Assembly (NCBI RefSeq): GCF_006345805.1
Contig: NC_043004.1
Span: forward strand, 16,740,001 to 16,804,000
Source: Octopus sinensis
Taxonomy: Eukaryota
DNA length: 64,000 nt
Direction: 5' to 3'
Shown: in pieces, positions 26,820 to 39,775 of the stretch
Layout: every line of letters begins with the position of its first letter
How positions within the stretch are numbered: the first letter of the stretch is position 1
Notes under the pieces: model-generated
Told to the model about the DNA's origin: nothing
Database searches by the model: none
What the model saw: the letters and a program-made list of their open reading frames with translations, nothing else
Position numbers and translations under genes: made by a program

Positions 26820-26924
26820 TGTCGATGGCGGTGGTTGAGACGATGAAGGCGGACGATGGCAACGACGACGATGACGATAATAACTATGGCAACGACGGTG
26901 GATGTAATAAAAACTGTGACTATC

Positions 26925-26956
<32 letters not shown>

Positions 26957-27420
26957 GGTGATGGCGACGACGACGATAAGAAAGACGATGAGGCGGGGAC
27001 TATGGATATTACGAAGATGATGAAGCGGAGGAGGAGGAAGAACAGGAGATGGAGAAGATGACGAATAGAAGACGGAGGAGAAGAAAGAGAAAGAAACGGA
27101 GGAGAAGTAAGGGAAGACGTAGAAGACGGAGGAGGTGGGGAGGAGGAGGTGGATGAGGAGGAAGAGGAGGAGGGGAAGGAGGCGGAAGAGATGGAAGATG
27201 AGACAGACAGGGCGGGGAAGTGTGGCGTGGAAGCATAGAAGTAGGGGAAGAGGAGGACGAGGAGGAAGAGGAGGACGAGGAGGAAGGGGAGGACGAGGAG
27301 GAGGCGGAGGAGGCGGAGGAGGTGGAAGAGATGGAAGAAGAGACAGAGCAGGCGGGGAAGTGAGGCGTAGAAGCATAGAAGTGGAGGAGGAGGAGGAGGA
27401 GGAAGAGGAAGGGAAGTAGA
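26820..27420. repeat. Low-complexity purine-rich (GAT/GAC/GGT/GGA)n tract
   Basis: Visible trinucleotide runs, with an internal ~55-bp diverged direct repeat at about 27188 and 27327. Confidence 0.9.
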
Positions 27421-28517
27421 AGGAATTTACAAAAATACTACAAAGATTTATGTTTACAGTTTTTGAGATGAGTTAACAGTCGTGTAATATGATTTTATTG
27501 GACTATTAACCTCATATTAGAAACACAAAAGAGAAGGTTAATCGTTCAATCAACTCACACACGATTCACTGTGATTCACTAAGTAGTTAAGAACTTTCAG
27601 TTTTGTTGCCTTTATTTTTTCTTTTTTGGTTTCCGCTTTTCCTATTTTATTCTTTTTTATTTATTTTTTTTTTTTTTTGTCTTTCTTCATGCCTTTAAAC
27701 CTTCCTGATATTCAGTAATACAATTCATTTTACCGTTGTCCCTTCTGAATTTTCTATTGCTTACTGCGCGCAAAAAGAAACTGTAAAATAATATAAATTT
27801 GAAGGAAGGATACATACAGGTTTGACTCAAATATAATAAGACAAACTACAAAATGAGATTTTCTTTTCTTTTCCGTATTTTAGTTGTGATTCAGTCCAAA
27901 TCATCTCATTGCTACAAATAGAATTTTTCCCCAAAGATACGCGTAAGATATTTAAGTCCTGCATTGATAATTAAATTTCATGTAGATATCTGAATTTTTG
28001 CCTAATTTTTTTCTTATGAGATAAGATTCTTATCTTTATGAAAGTGTTTACTTCTTGAAAAACCTATCGTCTTTGAAAACCTTGTATAGATTTTTATTTA
28101 TAACTCGAAACCATTATAAATTAAGAACAAATTGTGTCTCAGACTTGCAGCAAATAGATTATGATGAGGATAAATGCTACGTACCATTGTGAATGTTTAA
28201 GCAGTTTAAAAAGAGAAAGAGAAATGACGACGACAAGGTAGATATGCGGTTGTGGTTGGTGGGCGGAATTGGATAGATTAAAGAAACGAAGCTGGAAATC
28301 GGTCACCGAAAACAAAAAGACAGCGAAAAATCAGTGAGGGAAAAAAAAGCAAAAGACGGTGAAGGAGGAGAAGGAAAATGACCGATTTTATTGATTGAAA
28401 GAAGCGTCTTAAGTACAACTATTCTACATGAGAAGAATGTACTAAATATATTGCTGTGTGCTACACATAAATGAATTGATAGGTAGAGGGAAAGAGAGAG
28501 AATCATATATAGCTATA

Positions 28518-28549
<32 letters not shown>

Positions 28550-28550
28550 A

Positions 28551-28793
28551 TTAGGGAGTAAATCCAAACTTACAGGGAAAAATTAGATTTAGGATTAAAT
28601 CTAATTTTATGGTATAAATATATATTATATTAATTTAGAGATAAAACCACTATTAAGCAAATCAAACAGTGAAAATCATAAGCCAATACATAGAAATAAA
28701 AATCAAACAGTGAAAATCATTATTTCTATGTATTGGCTTATGATTTTCACCGTTTGATTTGCTTAATAGTGGTTTTATCTCTAATTTAATATA

Positions 28794-28799
<6 letters not shown>
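28551..28799. repeat. Foldback element: 80-bp inverted repeats 28620-28699 and 28720-28799, probably a PLE terminal remnant
   Basis: Arms differ at 2 positions. A 13-bp perfect hairpin lies at 28578-28607. Bounded by (AAT)n and (TA)n. Confidence 0.85.
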
Positions 28800-28827
<28 letters not shown>

Positions 28828-29242
28828 GGCGCAGGAGTGGCTGAGTGGCTTCGCTACTACATGGTTCCAGGTTCAGTCCCACTGCGTGGCACCTTGGGCA
28901 AGTATCTTCTACTATAGTCTCGGGCCGACCAAACCTTGTGAGTGGATTTGGTAGACGGAAACTGAAAGAAGCCCGTCGTATATACATACATATATATATA
29001 TGTGTGTGTGTATGTTTGTGTGTATGTATATGTATGTGTATAAATATGTTTCTGTGTCTGTGTTTGTCGCTTGACAACCGATGCTGGTGTGTTTGCGTCC
29101 CCGTTACTTAGCGATTCGGCAAGAGAGACCGATAGAAAAAGTACTAGGCTTACAAAGAATAAGTCCTGGGGTCGATTTGCTCGACTAAAGGCGGTGCTCT
29201 AGCATGGCCGCAGTCAAAAGACTGAAACATAAAAGTAAAAGA

Positions 29243-29245
<3 letters not shown>
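28828..29245 (+). mobile_element. SINE family A, near full length
   Basis: Same head, core and tail as 14212, with a small deletion in the head. Confidence 0.9.
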
Positions 29246-29290
<45 letters not shown>

Positions 29291-29299
29291 TATATATAT

Positions 29300-30758
29300 A
29301 TCACACATCAGCAAGGTCATGGAACGAATAGTCAGAAGGAAGCTGATCACCTTCCTTGAAGAAAATGACTTGCTGCCCGACACCCAACATGGTTTCCGAC
29401 CAGGGAGAAGCTGTTTAACTCAGCTCCTACAACACTATGACTGGGTGCTGAAACGGCCGCTCAACCACTCAAATGTGGAAGTGATATATCTCGACTTTGT
29501 AAAGGCCTTTAATAAAGTCGATCATGGAATGATATGTCACAAACTGCGTGATCTCAACATAGTTGGAAAACTGGGAGAATGGCTTCATGACTTTCTGAAA
29601 GATAGAAGTCAGGTGGTAGTGGCCAATGGGGCCACTTCCATTAACACGCAAATAGTGAGCGGTGTTCCGCAGGGCACTGTTCTGGGACCACTACTGTTCA
29701 TAATGGCCCTCTCAGACATGCCCTCAGCCACGCAGAGAGCCACGATCACAAGTTATGCAGATGATACAAAAGTTTCACAGGCAATACAGAACCCTGAGGA
29801 CACTAAACACCTGCAATGTGAGCTAGACAAAATATACAAGTGGGCCGAAAAGAATAGCATGCAGTTCAATGCTGAAAAGTTTCAAGCTCTATACTATCAG
29901 CATGCAAAACTAAATGCAATACCCAATGAATACACTGGACCCGGAGGAATAGCAATCCCAGAGGCACAATCAGTGCGTGACCTAGGTATTTACATGAGTG
30001 ATGACGCGACCTTTCGTGTACATGTTGCTAAATTGGCAATGAAATGTAGACGACTGGCCGGATGGATCCTCAGAACCTTTAGAACAAGAGAACAAGAAAC
30101 CATGATGGTCCTCTGGAGGACACTTGTCCGAAGCCACTTTGACTACTGCTCTCGGTTATGGTCACCATCCAGTGTCAAGTTGATCACAGAGCTCGAGGCG
30201 ATCCAACGTAGCTACACAAAGAAGATAGCCTCTATGCAGAATGTAAGCTACTGGGAAAGACTCAGGAAATTAAAATTATATTCCCTGGAGCGTAGGCGGG
30301 AAAGATTTGCCATAATATACATCTGGAAGATCCTGGAGGGAAGTGTCCTGAACTTTGGCATCGAGAGTTACGCAAATGCCAGAACTGGGCGCCACTGCGT
30401 GGTGCCTAGGACTCCAAACTTGCCATCAAGATGTAGGACAAGATTCTGTGATAGCCTGGGCTTCCGAGGCCCACAGCTCTTCAATATCCTCCCGAAGAAC
30501 CTGAGAGACCTGCATGGGGTGGATACAGATGTCTTTAAAATGAAGCTGGATCTCTTCCTGTCAGGTGTCCCAGATGAACCAACTTCACGGCAGGAGGGGC
30601 AGATGAGGGCAGCTGCATCGAACTCTCTCATGCACCAAATAGCAACTGCTAGAAAGCTTTCATGAAGTGAAACCAAGTAGCAACACCAAATGGCGGTGCC
30701 CCAGCATGGCCACAGCTCATAAGCTGAAACTGGAAAAATCAAATCAAAAATCAAAATC

Positions 30759-30760
<2 letters not shown>
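29300..30760 (+). mobile_element. CR1-clade LINE, 5'-truncated, with 3' UTR and (AAATC)-like terminal repeats
   Basis: Begins abruptly within SHISKVMER after (TA)n and ends in the shared SINE tail plus AAATCAAATCAAAAATCAAAATC. Confidence 0.9.
29319..30665 (+). CDS. Reverse transcriptase ORF2 C-terminal part (448 aa, uninterrupted)
   Basis: QHGFRPGRSCLTQLL, YLDFVKAFNKVDH, GVPQGTVLGP, YADD, RDLGI, YWERLRKLKLYSLERRRER. Confidence 0.92.
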   Translation: MERIVRRKLITFLEENDLLPDTQHGFRPGRSCLTQLLQHYDWVLKRPLNHSNVEVIYLDFVKAFNKVDHGMICHKLRDLNIVGKLGEWLHDFLKDRSQVVVANGATSINTQIVSGVPQGTVLGPLLFIMALSDMPSATQRATITSYADDTKVSQAIQNPEDTKHLQCELDKIYKWAEKNSMQFNAEKFQALYYQHAKLNAIPNEYTGPGGIAIPEAQSVRDLGIYMSDDATFRVHVAKLAMKCRRLAGWILRTFRTREQETMMVLWRTLVRSHFDYCSRLWSPSSVKLITELEAIQRSYTKKIASMQNVSYWERLRKLKLYSLERRRERFAIIYIWKILEGSVLNFGIESYANARTGRHCVVPRTPNLPSRCRTRFCDSLGFRGPQLFNILPKNLRDLHGVDTDVFKMKLDLFLSGVPDEPTSRQEGQMRAAASNSLMHQIATARKLS

Positions 30761-30820
<60 letters not shown>

Positions 30821-30945
30821 ATATAGCTAGATACATAAAGACATAAATTGATAGATAGATAGATAGATAGATACATATATACATACATATATACATATAT
30901 ATGTATATGCGCACACATGCATATTATATGTGTGTGTGTATATAT

Positions 30946-31006
<61 letters not shown>

Positions 31007-31008
<2 letters not shown>

Positions 31009-31230
31009 GCGGTTGGACCTCAAAATTACAAACAAATTTATTCTAATATAGGGTAGGACCGCCTTTGGCAGTAATTACAGCTTGAATTCTACGAAGTATG
31101 GACTCGTACAAAGATTAAATTGTTTCCCAAGGAAGTTTTGTCCATTATTCAGGTAAATAACTCTCCCAGTTCTTCTGGTGACGACGGTGGAGGATATTGA
31201 CTCCTTACTTGTTTTTTCTAAAATGCACCA
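31007..31230 (-). mobile_element. Tc1-like transposon 3' fragment
   Basis: Minus frame [22 protein letters not shown] (stop at 31043) followed by a CAG-starting terminus next to (TA)n. Confidence 0.75.
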
Positions 31231-31234
31231 TAAA

Positions 31235-31286
<52 letters not shown>

Positions 31287-32099
31287 TGAATAAATTTAAA
31301 ATAAGGTCTGGTTTTCACATTTTTTTATTATTGTATTTAATTTTTGTTTTACAATGTTGAAGTGTGTTAAACATTAAAAGAAATATTTTGTAATGTTCAT
31401 AAAGTTCAACTACCGCTTTCATACGTTCTTAGTCATCATTGTATTTCAAAATGTATTTAACTGACTGTTGAATTCTTGACAACTGTAATAAAATGACTGT
31501 CTTCTTCCTTTTTATACCTTTTAGAATGCTCCAACAAGCTGTATTTTTCGAATACGGTTTTGACCAGTCAGCATACAGCTCAAACGTCACGGTTTGCCGG
31601 TCGCGCCGATATTACTGGCATAGATCGCACATTTATTTTAACCAATTAGCTTGCGGTTTACATGTAATGGTTTTATGAGTGAGCAAACTTAGTTGGTTTC
31701 GATCGTTTTCATTTCAAATGGTGGGAGTCTTCTGTAATGTGCTTAAATTCACATGTTAAAGATATTTTTAAATCCAAATCATTAACTGGTTGTTATATTG
31801 TTGTTGTTATTTCCGTTCAGAACAGGTTTGAACATTTTAATAAAACGTTTTTCGTTATCTTTCTTCCAAACTCACTTGTGTCATGCAGTTAGTGGAAAAG
31901 AAAAATTAGAAATATTCTCTGACCTCATATTCGTCAATGAAATTTGGCGAACATTAGTGTTCCGTATTTGTTATCTGTGGACTCGCGAGCTGTCAAGAAC
32001 TCAACTGTCAATTAAATCATTTTGAAATATGATGATTACTACGAACGTATAAAAGCGTTAATTGAACTTTATGAACATTATAATTTTTTTTTAATATTT

Positions 32100-32205
32100 C
32101 AACATTGTAACACTTGTTGAAACACTTCAACATTGTAAATAACACCTCAACATTATAAAAACACGTCAACATTGTAAAAACACGTCAACATTGTGAAAAC
32201 TCTTT
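32100..32205. repeat. Short ~19-bp minisatellite (CAACATTGTAAAAACACGT), about 5 units
   Basis: Directly visible. Confidence 0.8.
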
Positions 32206-32669
32206 TGAAAAATACAATAATAAAAAACGTAAAAACCAGACAGTGTTTCAACTTTAATCAACTAATATATCTATGATATATCATAAATATTAATTTTTGA
32301 TACTGAATAGAAGAAATATTTATAACAACATAGTTCCCAAATGATACCTTCACAAAATAAGAAGGTTAAATTGTCTAAACGTTATTCAAATATCAACCAC
32401 AATTAAAGTTAGTCAGAAATAAGCAACCAGCTAAGCTTTTCACATACTTTATTTTATCAACTCTATAACAATAATTTAGCTAAAATTTCTATACTAGCAA
32501 CACCGTGACCTAACGCTAGCACACCTAAATAAACACGCAATATTAAAAAAGTTTTACCTACTCGACTGAAGTCTGAGCACTAACCTTTATCGTTTGAACA
32601 CAAAGAACTTACATCTTCTAAACAGTTTTCACATAGCGTTGGCGTGGCTGTGTCGTGTGGCAGGCGTGG

Positions 32670-32915
32670 GTCAGTAGGAGGAAGATTGCTCCTTAACCAC
32701 ACGGTTTCGAATTCAGTCAAATTGCGTAGCACTTCGGGTGACCAGAGGCTCGTGAGTGAATTAGTAGACGGAAATTGCAAGAATCCCCTCGTATGTGTGT
32801 GTATGTGCTTACTCTCCCACCACCACCACCACCTAAAAGATGGTGTTGGTTTGTTTCCGTCCTCGTAAAATTGCGGTTCGACAAAAGAGCCTGGTAGGAA
32901 AACTACTAAGTTGAT
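32670..32915 (+). mobile_element. Degenerate SINE family A
   Basis: GTGAGTGAATTAGTAGACGGAAATTGCAAGAA and GCGGTTCGACAAAAGAG resemble the family A body. Confidence 0.5.
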
Positions 32916-33059
32916 GCGTCCGAGTAAACTCTGCACGTCAATACCCCAGCATACACACGTGCTTCGCTATATACATGTGCAAGTCAAAGTGGTACGTTAA
33001 TTTACTTAACTATGTGCATATATGTAGATACGTTTCTGTAGGCACAAATGCGAAAGGGA

Positions 33060-33117
<58 letters not shown>

Positions 33118-34239
33118 ATAAATGGTGGGGTTGTGTTGACCGCACGTGGAGAAATGATAAGTAAGGAAAACTTTTTTTAAAAATGCAGAATGCTCAAATG
33201 AAAGAAAATTTTAATAACCTGAAAAACAACGCTCCCTAAGAGAAAAACTAACATTGGAAAAAATGAAAACTGAAGTAGAACTTCTAAAACTCAGAGCACA
33301 AAACCACGAACAAAAATACACAAAAATAGACGATGAGATACTTCTAGAACTAACCTCACACACCAACGAACAGCCCCTCGAACTTGTTATTAAACTATGG
33401 AAAGATGAATGTGAAAAGGAAGAACGAACCTCCCTTAAACGCTGGGAAAACAACAAAGATTTCTTCCTCAACTATGAAACACAATTCATATTAAACCATA
33501 AATCCAAAAACCCATTCATAAAAGTACCCACAACACAGACTTCCACTGTACCCCATAAACACCATTCCAAACCGCACCTCAAATACACATACTCTCCAAA
33601 CCCCCTCCTAACAGGACATAACCTCCCCCAACCATATAAAAAACCTTCCCCCCCCCGAAACATCTCAAACAAGACCCACCACAAAACCTGGTTTTCCAAT
33701 CACTCTAACACCCCTCCCCCACCGATTAGAACCTTCAAGAACCTCCCATACACTAGACATTATCCCCCCTCAAGGCTCCCCTCCCTCACACTAATAACAA
33801 ACAAGGCATCCTACCCACACCGATACATATAATACCCACCCAACGAACCCCCTATAGTCCACCCATCCAACAACCACATTCCTACCACATCTCCTACAGA
33901 TCTCCAAACCCTCACATCCCACACGAACCCAATCACCACAACTACATACCCCCCTACATCCCCCCCATACAGACACACACCCACAAACCAGACACACACC
34001 CACAATCCCATCGCATTTCTCACAAATCCTTACACCATCGCATCCCATACCAACACAAATACAACTACCTACCCCCCTCCAACCTCCCCACCCAAAAACA
34101 CTCCTACACATACAACCAGAACTTTAACAAAGAATACACCCCTTACCTCAACAACCATTTTTTAGACAGAGGGGAAAAATACAAACACCACCGCTAACAC
34201 AGACCCAAAATAAGAAAACAAAAATTATAAACCTCTCCA

Positions 34240-35942
34240 GCAAAACACTGACACCAACCCAAATCAACATCCTAGCAAGAGGTTTGAAATTCACACCCAC
34301 CCCAAGAACACCCAACGTCAAGGATGACGTTTCTGAATTCTGCAGAAAACTTCGCCAAACAGAAGCTTTGACAGATATCAACAATGAGGACGACTCATTG
34401 ATCAGAAATAAAAGCAACTTCCTACCACCAAAAGGGAGAAATAAAACACTGGACGATTTCTGCAAACACATCCAGAGTCTCCCCTTTACCCCAAGCAAAA
34501 CCAAGGTAAAATCCAATTTCAGTAAGGAAGAATGGGAAAACCTACCTGACATACAACTGGATAAAAACCTCACCATCAAAGAAGCGGACAAAGGGAGTGC
34601 TGTGGTCCTTATGGACACGGAATTTTATAAACACCTAGTGTTTTCCATGCTTAACAATAACATTTTCTTTGAGGTTTATTAACAACTACAAACAGCAAAA
34701 AACAATCAGAAACCTCACCACACTCATACGCCAATACGGTCAGGGACTCACAGAAAAAGAAAGGGATTATATCACCATTTTCAAATGCAAGCCCAGCCTG
34801 TTTTATGGCCTTCCTAAAATCCATAAAAACAAATACATCACCGAAGCCTGCAAACTCTCCACTGACATCCACATCAACATCAAAGCACCGGAGGACCTAA
34901 AACTAAGGCCCATCGTGGCTGGTACCTCCTGTGAAACACACCGCCTGAGTAACTTCCTAGACATCCTTTTGAAACCTTTCCTTACCCACATCAAAAGTTT
35001 CATTAGGGATGATCTGGACATGCTCAAACACCTCCCGAAAACAGTTAACGAGGAGGCACTCCTGGTATCCTTTGATGTCATCAACCTCTACACCAACATT
35101 CCACATGAGTATGGTATAGAGGCAATTGACTTCTGGCTAGAAAAACACCCAGAGACATTCCCTGACCGCATTAACAAGTCTTTTATTACAGAATCTCTCA
35201 AGTTCATTCTGACAAACAATTTTTTTCTCTTCGACGACACACACTACCGTCAAAAATGTGGCATTGCGAGGGGTACCAAGGCTGCACCAGTCCTTGCGAA
35301 CCTCATAATGGGTTACTTCGAACTGTCACTCTATGAAATATCAAGCCAGAAATTTGGACATGCTTTCCACACCTACCTAATGGAAAACTGGAAAAGGTAT
35401 TTAGATGATTGTTTCATCATATGGAAAGAACCTTATGAAAAACTCCTGGAATTCAAAACCATACTAAACAACATACATCCCAACATCCAATTCACTATGG
35501 AATTAAGCAAACATCATCTCCCATTCCTTGATCTCCTAATTATAAAAACACCTAAGAACCAAATCATAACAGACATCTACCACAAACCTACAGACTCACA
35601 ACAATACCTCCTCTTTAGTTCATGCCACCCAAAACACACCAAGACAAATATCCTTTCAATTTAGCTAAAAGGGTATGCACCATTGTCTCGGATCCAAAAA
35701 CACGAGAAATACGCCTTCAAGACCTCAAAAAAACACTATTACAACGTCAATATCCCTCTACCCTTATAGAGTATGGAATAAAACACGCCAAAGAACTAGA
35801 CAACACTACACTGAAAACCACCCAACCTAACACCACACACAACCTCAAAATACTTCCATACATTTCCACCCACAACCCCAAAAATATCGAAGCATACACC
35901 ACAATCATACAAAACCTCAGTCTACTGTCAACAGACCCATAA
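34240..35942 (+). pseudogene. PLE reverse transcriptase, frameshifted
   Basis: ILARGLKFTPT, IKEADKG, FYGLPKIHK, LRPIVAG, FDVINLYTNIP, GIARGTKAAP, WKRYLDD, LPFLDL, YHKPTDSQQYL and HPKH, spread over at least 3 frames. Confidence 0.92.
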
Positions 35943-36428
35943 ATGAAAAATATTATAAATACACACAAAATCCTCAAATGCAAAAGGCAACACAAATCTT
36001 TAAAAAAACTCTTGACAAATGCCAAACTTCACACACCACATCCACCCCCAATAGTAAAAAAATGTGCACGCTCAAACTGTGGTACCTGCCCCTTTCTACT
36101 TGAAGGCTCTGAATTTACCTTCAAACAAGGTACGAAGTTTAAAATCAAGACTAACTTCTCCTGTTCCTCCGAGAACCTTATCTACGTTCTCACATGCGCT
36201 GGTTGCCAACATAATTATGTTGGACAAACGAGTCTCCCGTTACGTAAACGAGTAACGGTGCATAAAGAACAAATAAATCTCCCGGAATACCGACAAATTC
36301 CACTGAGTGACCACTTAGACTCATGTGCTAAAGACTTAAACCCCAAATTCTATATATTCCCCTTCTACCAATGTAAAGACGGGATCACCACACAGGAGAG
36401 AATTAACAAGGAGAATCTCTTTATTTAA
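35943..36428 (+). pseudogene. PLE GIY-YIG endonuclease with Cys-rich linker (Neptune-like, tentative)
   Basis: KKCARSNCGTC linker and NLIYVLTCAGCQHNYVGQT..LRKRVTVHK..SDHL. Separated from the RT by an in-frame stop. Confidence 0.85.
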
Positions 36429-37099
36429 AAAATTCCAAACACAACTTAATATGCAAACTCCTCGTTGATCAAACTTCCTTTCTCTACCTCACTCTTCATG
36501 GATGGACTAACACAAATATATAAAGATACCATGCATTCATCACTTCAAGCTAAAACTTATATTCTTTAAATATCATTTTTACTATTGTTGTTATTACTAT
36601 CATTTTTATTATAAATGATATGACAATTTGAAATGCAATTGTCTATGCAGATTTATATAATTAGAAAATAATATAAATAAAGTGTTAAAATCTGAAAGTT
36701 AAGTTAACAAGCAATTATATATATAAAAAAAGATAACGCAAATGAAGCTAAAATGATAATTTTATAATTTGGGTTTTATTGAAGAACTCAAAAGAGTTGT
36801 CTCCCCTTACTCACAACACAGGAACGGAAGAACCAGAACCACAATTACTACTACTTCCTGTCCTGCAAACATGCTGAATTTAACAACACAACACATGCTT
36901 TTAATCCCTTTGGATCTTAACACCTCAAGGTAATTTTTTCGTGAACAACCATAAAACTCAAGATACACAACGAACTCACAATGTATCGGAGAACTTATTT
37001 TTTAATTTTTGTACATTTTTATCATTATTCTTTTACAAAAAACAATACAATTTTTTTTTTCCCCTTTCTAATTTTAAAAAAAACTTTTTAAAACATAAA

Positions 37100-37140
37100 T
37101 ATTCTTGACAAGTCATACAATGACGAAAACCGGTTGAATA
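37100..37140 (+). ncRNA. Minimal type I hammerhead, U3-A8 variant, partly degenerate
   Basis: TATTC TTGACAA GTCA-TACAA-TGAC GAAA A CCGG TT GAATA. Stems I and II are perfect; there is an extra A in stem III. Confidence 0.6.
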
Positions 37141-37230
37141 AATATATATTTATATATTTTATCAATTTCTCATTTTATTAAAATTTTCTTTCATTTGAGC
37201 ATTCTGCATTTTTAAAAAAATTTTCCTTAC

Positions 37231-37299
<69 letters not shown>

Positions 37300-38030
37300 A
37301 GTGCATAAGTGTATATAGTTTATATGTTGATCGTTGTATGTATATATCTACGTACGCATATATATTTATGTATTTATAGTTGCCTAAATATAGGTATGTA
37401 TATGCTCGTATGTACGGGAATGTAGATGTGTGAATATTTAAATGTGAGTGCATAGGTTTCTGTGGGAGAATGTGTGTATGAGTTTGTGTGTGTATGTGTG
37501 TATGTGTGTATGTGTCCGACCACTAAATACTAAAGTCCGGCTTAAAGCAGTCACATGTGTAGCCAGCCACGATCAGAGATACATCCAAATAGAAAAGATG
37601 AGAGATACAACCAAATAGAAAACCAATCCCATTTAAAAGCCAGCCAGTACCGTCTACTACCATTAATAACAATCCGACAAATGCGCTATTGCGGCAAACA
37701 CCATGGGCCTGTCAACCTCTACTTACATTCAAACTACGATGAACAGATAAGTCGACGATTTCAAACTAACGGAGACCACTCGTATATCGCATGAGGAAAC
37801 ACCAATAGATCCCATTATGCAAACAAACAGTGGCATAATCAAATACCAGTATTCTTGGAGAACTATGTTGCGTCGAAACAATTGTCCAACCGTACTCGTT
37901 CTCGACTCCACATTCTTCACTTTTACATTCACACGTGACAAATGCCCAAACTTAAACTTAGAAGTATATAATAGAACTACCGATTCTACTGTGTAATTCT
38001 GAAGTTGGACGAGCTTTGTTCTGTACCATG

Positions 38031-38074
<44 letters not shown>

Positions 38075-38835
38075 ATGTGTGTGTGTGTGTTAGTGTGTGT
38101 GTGTGTGCGTGTGTGTGTGTATCCGTGTGTATATGTGTGTGTGCGTGTGTATGTATGTATGTATATACACGCATACATGGAATACAAGATAGAAGGAAAG
38201 GAATGCATATATGCTATAATGCGAATGAGCTTGTAAAGTTTACTTCAATTCTTGTTCACTGTTCAGTTTGAACATTTGAATATCGGTATCTGAGGTCAAA
38301 GTGTTTCAGAGAAGTTATAAAGTCTGTGTCTGGAATTGGAGAATCATAAAACAAGGTATCATAAACTGAAAAGCAATACATATTTGGCTTTGATTTAGAA
38401 TGTGCTTGTGTTTGTGAATGTCGCTACAATGCAGTTCTGTGAATTATACTGCAGTATGGGAATAATGATATGCACATTTTATAGAAAGTTCCGGCCTAAG
38501 GCATATTTGCCGATGAATATAAACGGAAACTTACATTCCTACAGACACATAGGCACCAGGAAGAAGTATCAGGTATATGTAGTAAAGTCTAGCAAGATGG
38601 GTCTTAATATATGTTGAAAAGGGAATATTATGTATTTGTTAGTTAATTAGTTATGTTTTATTCACAAGCATGTTTTATATAATATGGTAGATGCATTTAT
38701 TTATATTTATATAGACAGCGTGACGATGCTGTTGAATGAGACTAGTTTGTGACAACGCGATGTGATAGAAAATATACATGTATAAATACACACATGTATA
38801 AATATATATAATTGTATATTATATATGTATATATG

Positions 38836-38869
<34 letters not shown>

Positions 38870-38890
38870 GGTATATATATATATGGCAAA

Positions 38891-39141
38891 CAGTCAAGAA
38901 TGCTTATTTCTTATCTATTCCTTCTGTTTTGCGTATGTGAATTACAGGGTTTGTCATGCCCGGAGTCCAACTTTGATAGAAATAAGCATTCTTGACTGCT
39001 ATTTCTATTTTTTCGGTATGCGGTCAAGCAACCTGTTTGCCTGTCCCTTTTTCTTATATACAATATATATACTGAACTTTACAGAAGTTCCTGCCGGTAA
39101 TCGGCTATATTTACATACCGAATTCTACCAGTAAATAATTG
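38891..39141 (+). mobile_element. Short repeat element, probable PLE terminal fragment, with 21-bp internal inverted repeat
   Basis: 38891-38911 is the exact reverse complement of 38978-38998. Diverged inverted copy at 39776-40016. Confidence 0.55.
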
Positions 39142-39492
39142 GGGTTTTTTTAAAAAGCCTTTATAGAAATTATTTACTCTTATTATTATATTACTATTTG
39201 GTATATATATATGTATATATGTACGCATGTATGTATCTATGTGTATATATGTATATATGTGTATGCGTGTCCGTCTGTATGTATGTATGCATGCATACAT
39301 GTATATATGCATACTATCTATGTGTATATACATATATTGCTATAAGTTCATTTGTGGTTAAACGAATGAGAAAATATTCTTGAAAACACAGGTGATCTCG
39401 TATATTTTTCCAGCTCTGAGGTTATACCAAGACGTGTTTACATCTATTTAAAATCCCACTTGCTTATGCATATATATGTATATATATATATA

Positions 39493-39533
<41 letters not shown>

Positions 39534-39650
39534 TATATATATAATATATATATATATATAATATATATATATATACATATATATACATATATATATCATA
39601 TATATATATATGTATATATATACATATATAAATATATATATATAATATAC

Positions 39651-39733
<83 letters not shown>

Positions 39734-39775
39734 TATATGTGTAAATAATATCGTTATGTTTTTTAACAAAACCAA

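Larger units (their letters stand above)
33121..37231 (+). mobile_element. Near full-length Penelope-like retroelement (RT plus C-terminal GIY-YIG) with inverted terminal repeat
   Basis: ORF pieces at 33254-36428; inverted repeat 33160-33216 versus 37176-37231; both ends abut (TA)n; HHR in the 3' region. Confidence 0.92.

Noticed and set aside
26750-27419. Poly-Asp/Gly/Pro/Glu ORFs of 94-197 aa
   Set aside because: Trinucleotide low-complexity DNA open in several frames, with no domain and no supported splice structure.
30368-30760. Antisense ORFs over the LINE and PLE frames (also 392-637, 34148-34618, 34803-35084)
   Set aside because: Shadow frames of retroelement coding sequence.
37853-37890. 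TTGGAGA..GAAACAATTGTC with a palindromic stem III
   Set aside because: The core has G at position 6 and stems I and II are not convincing.
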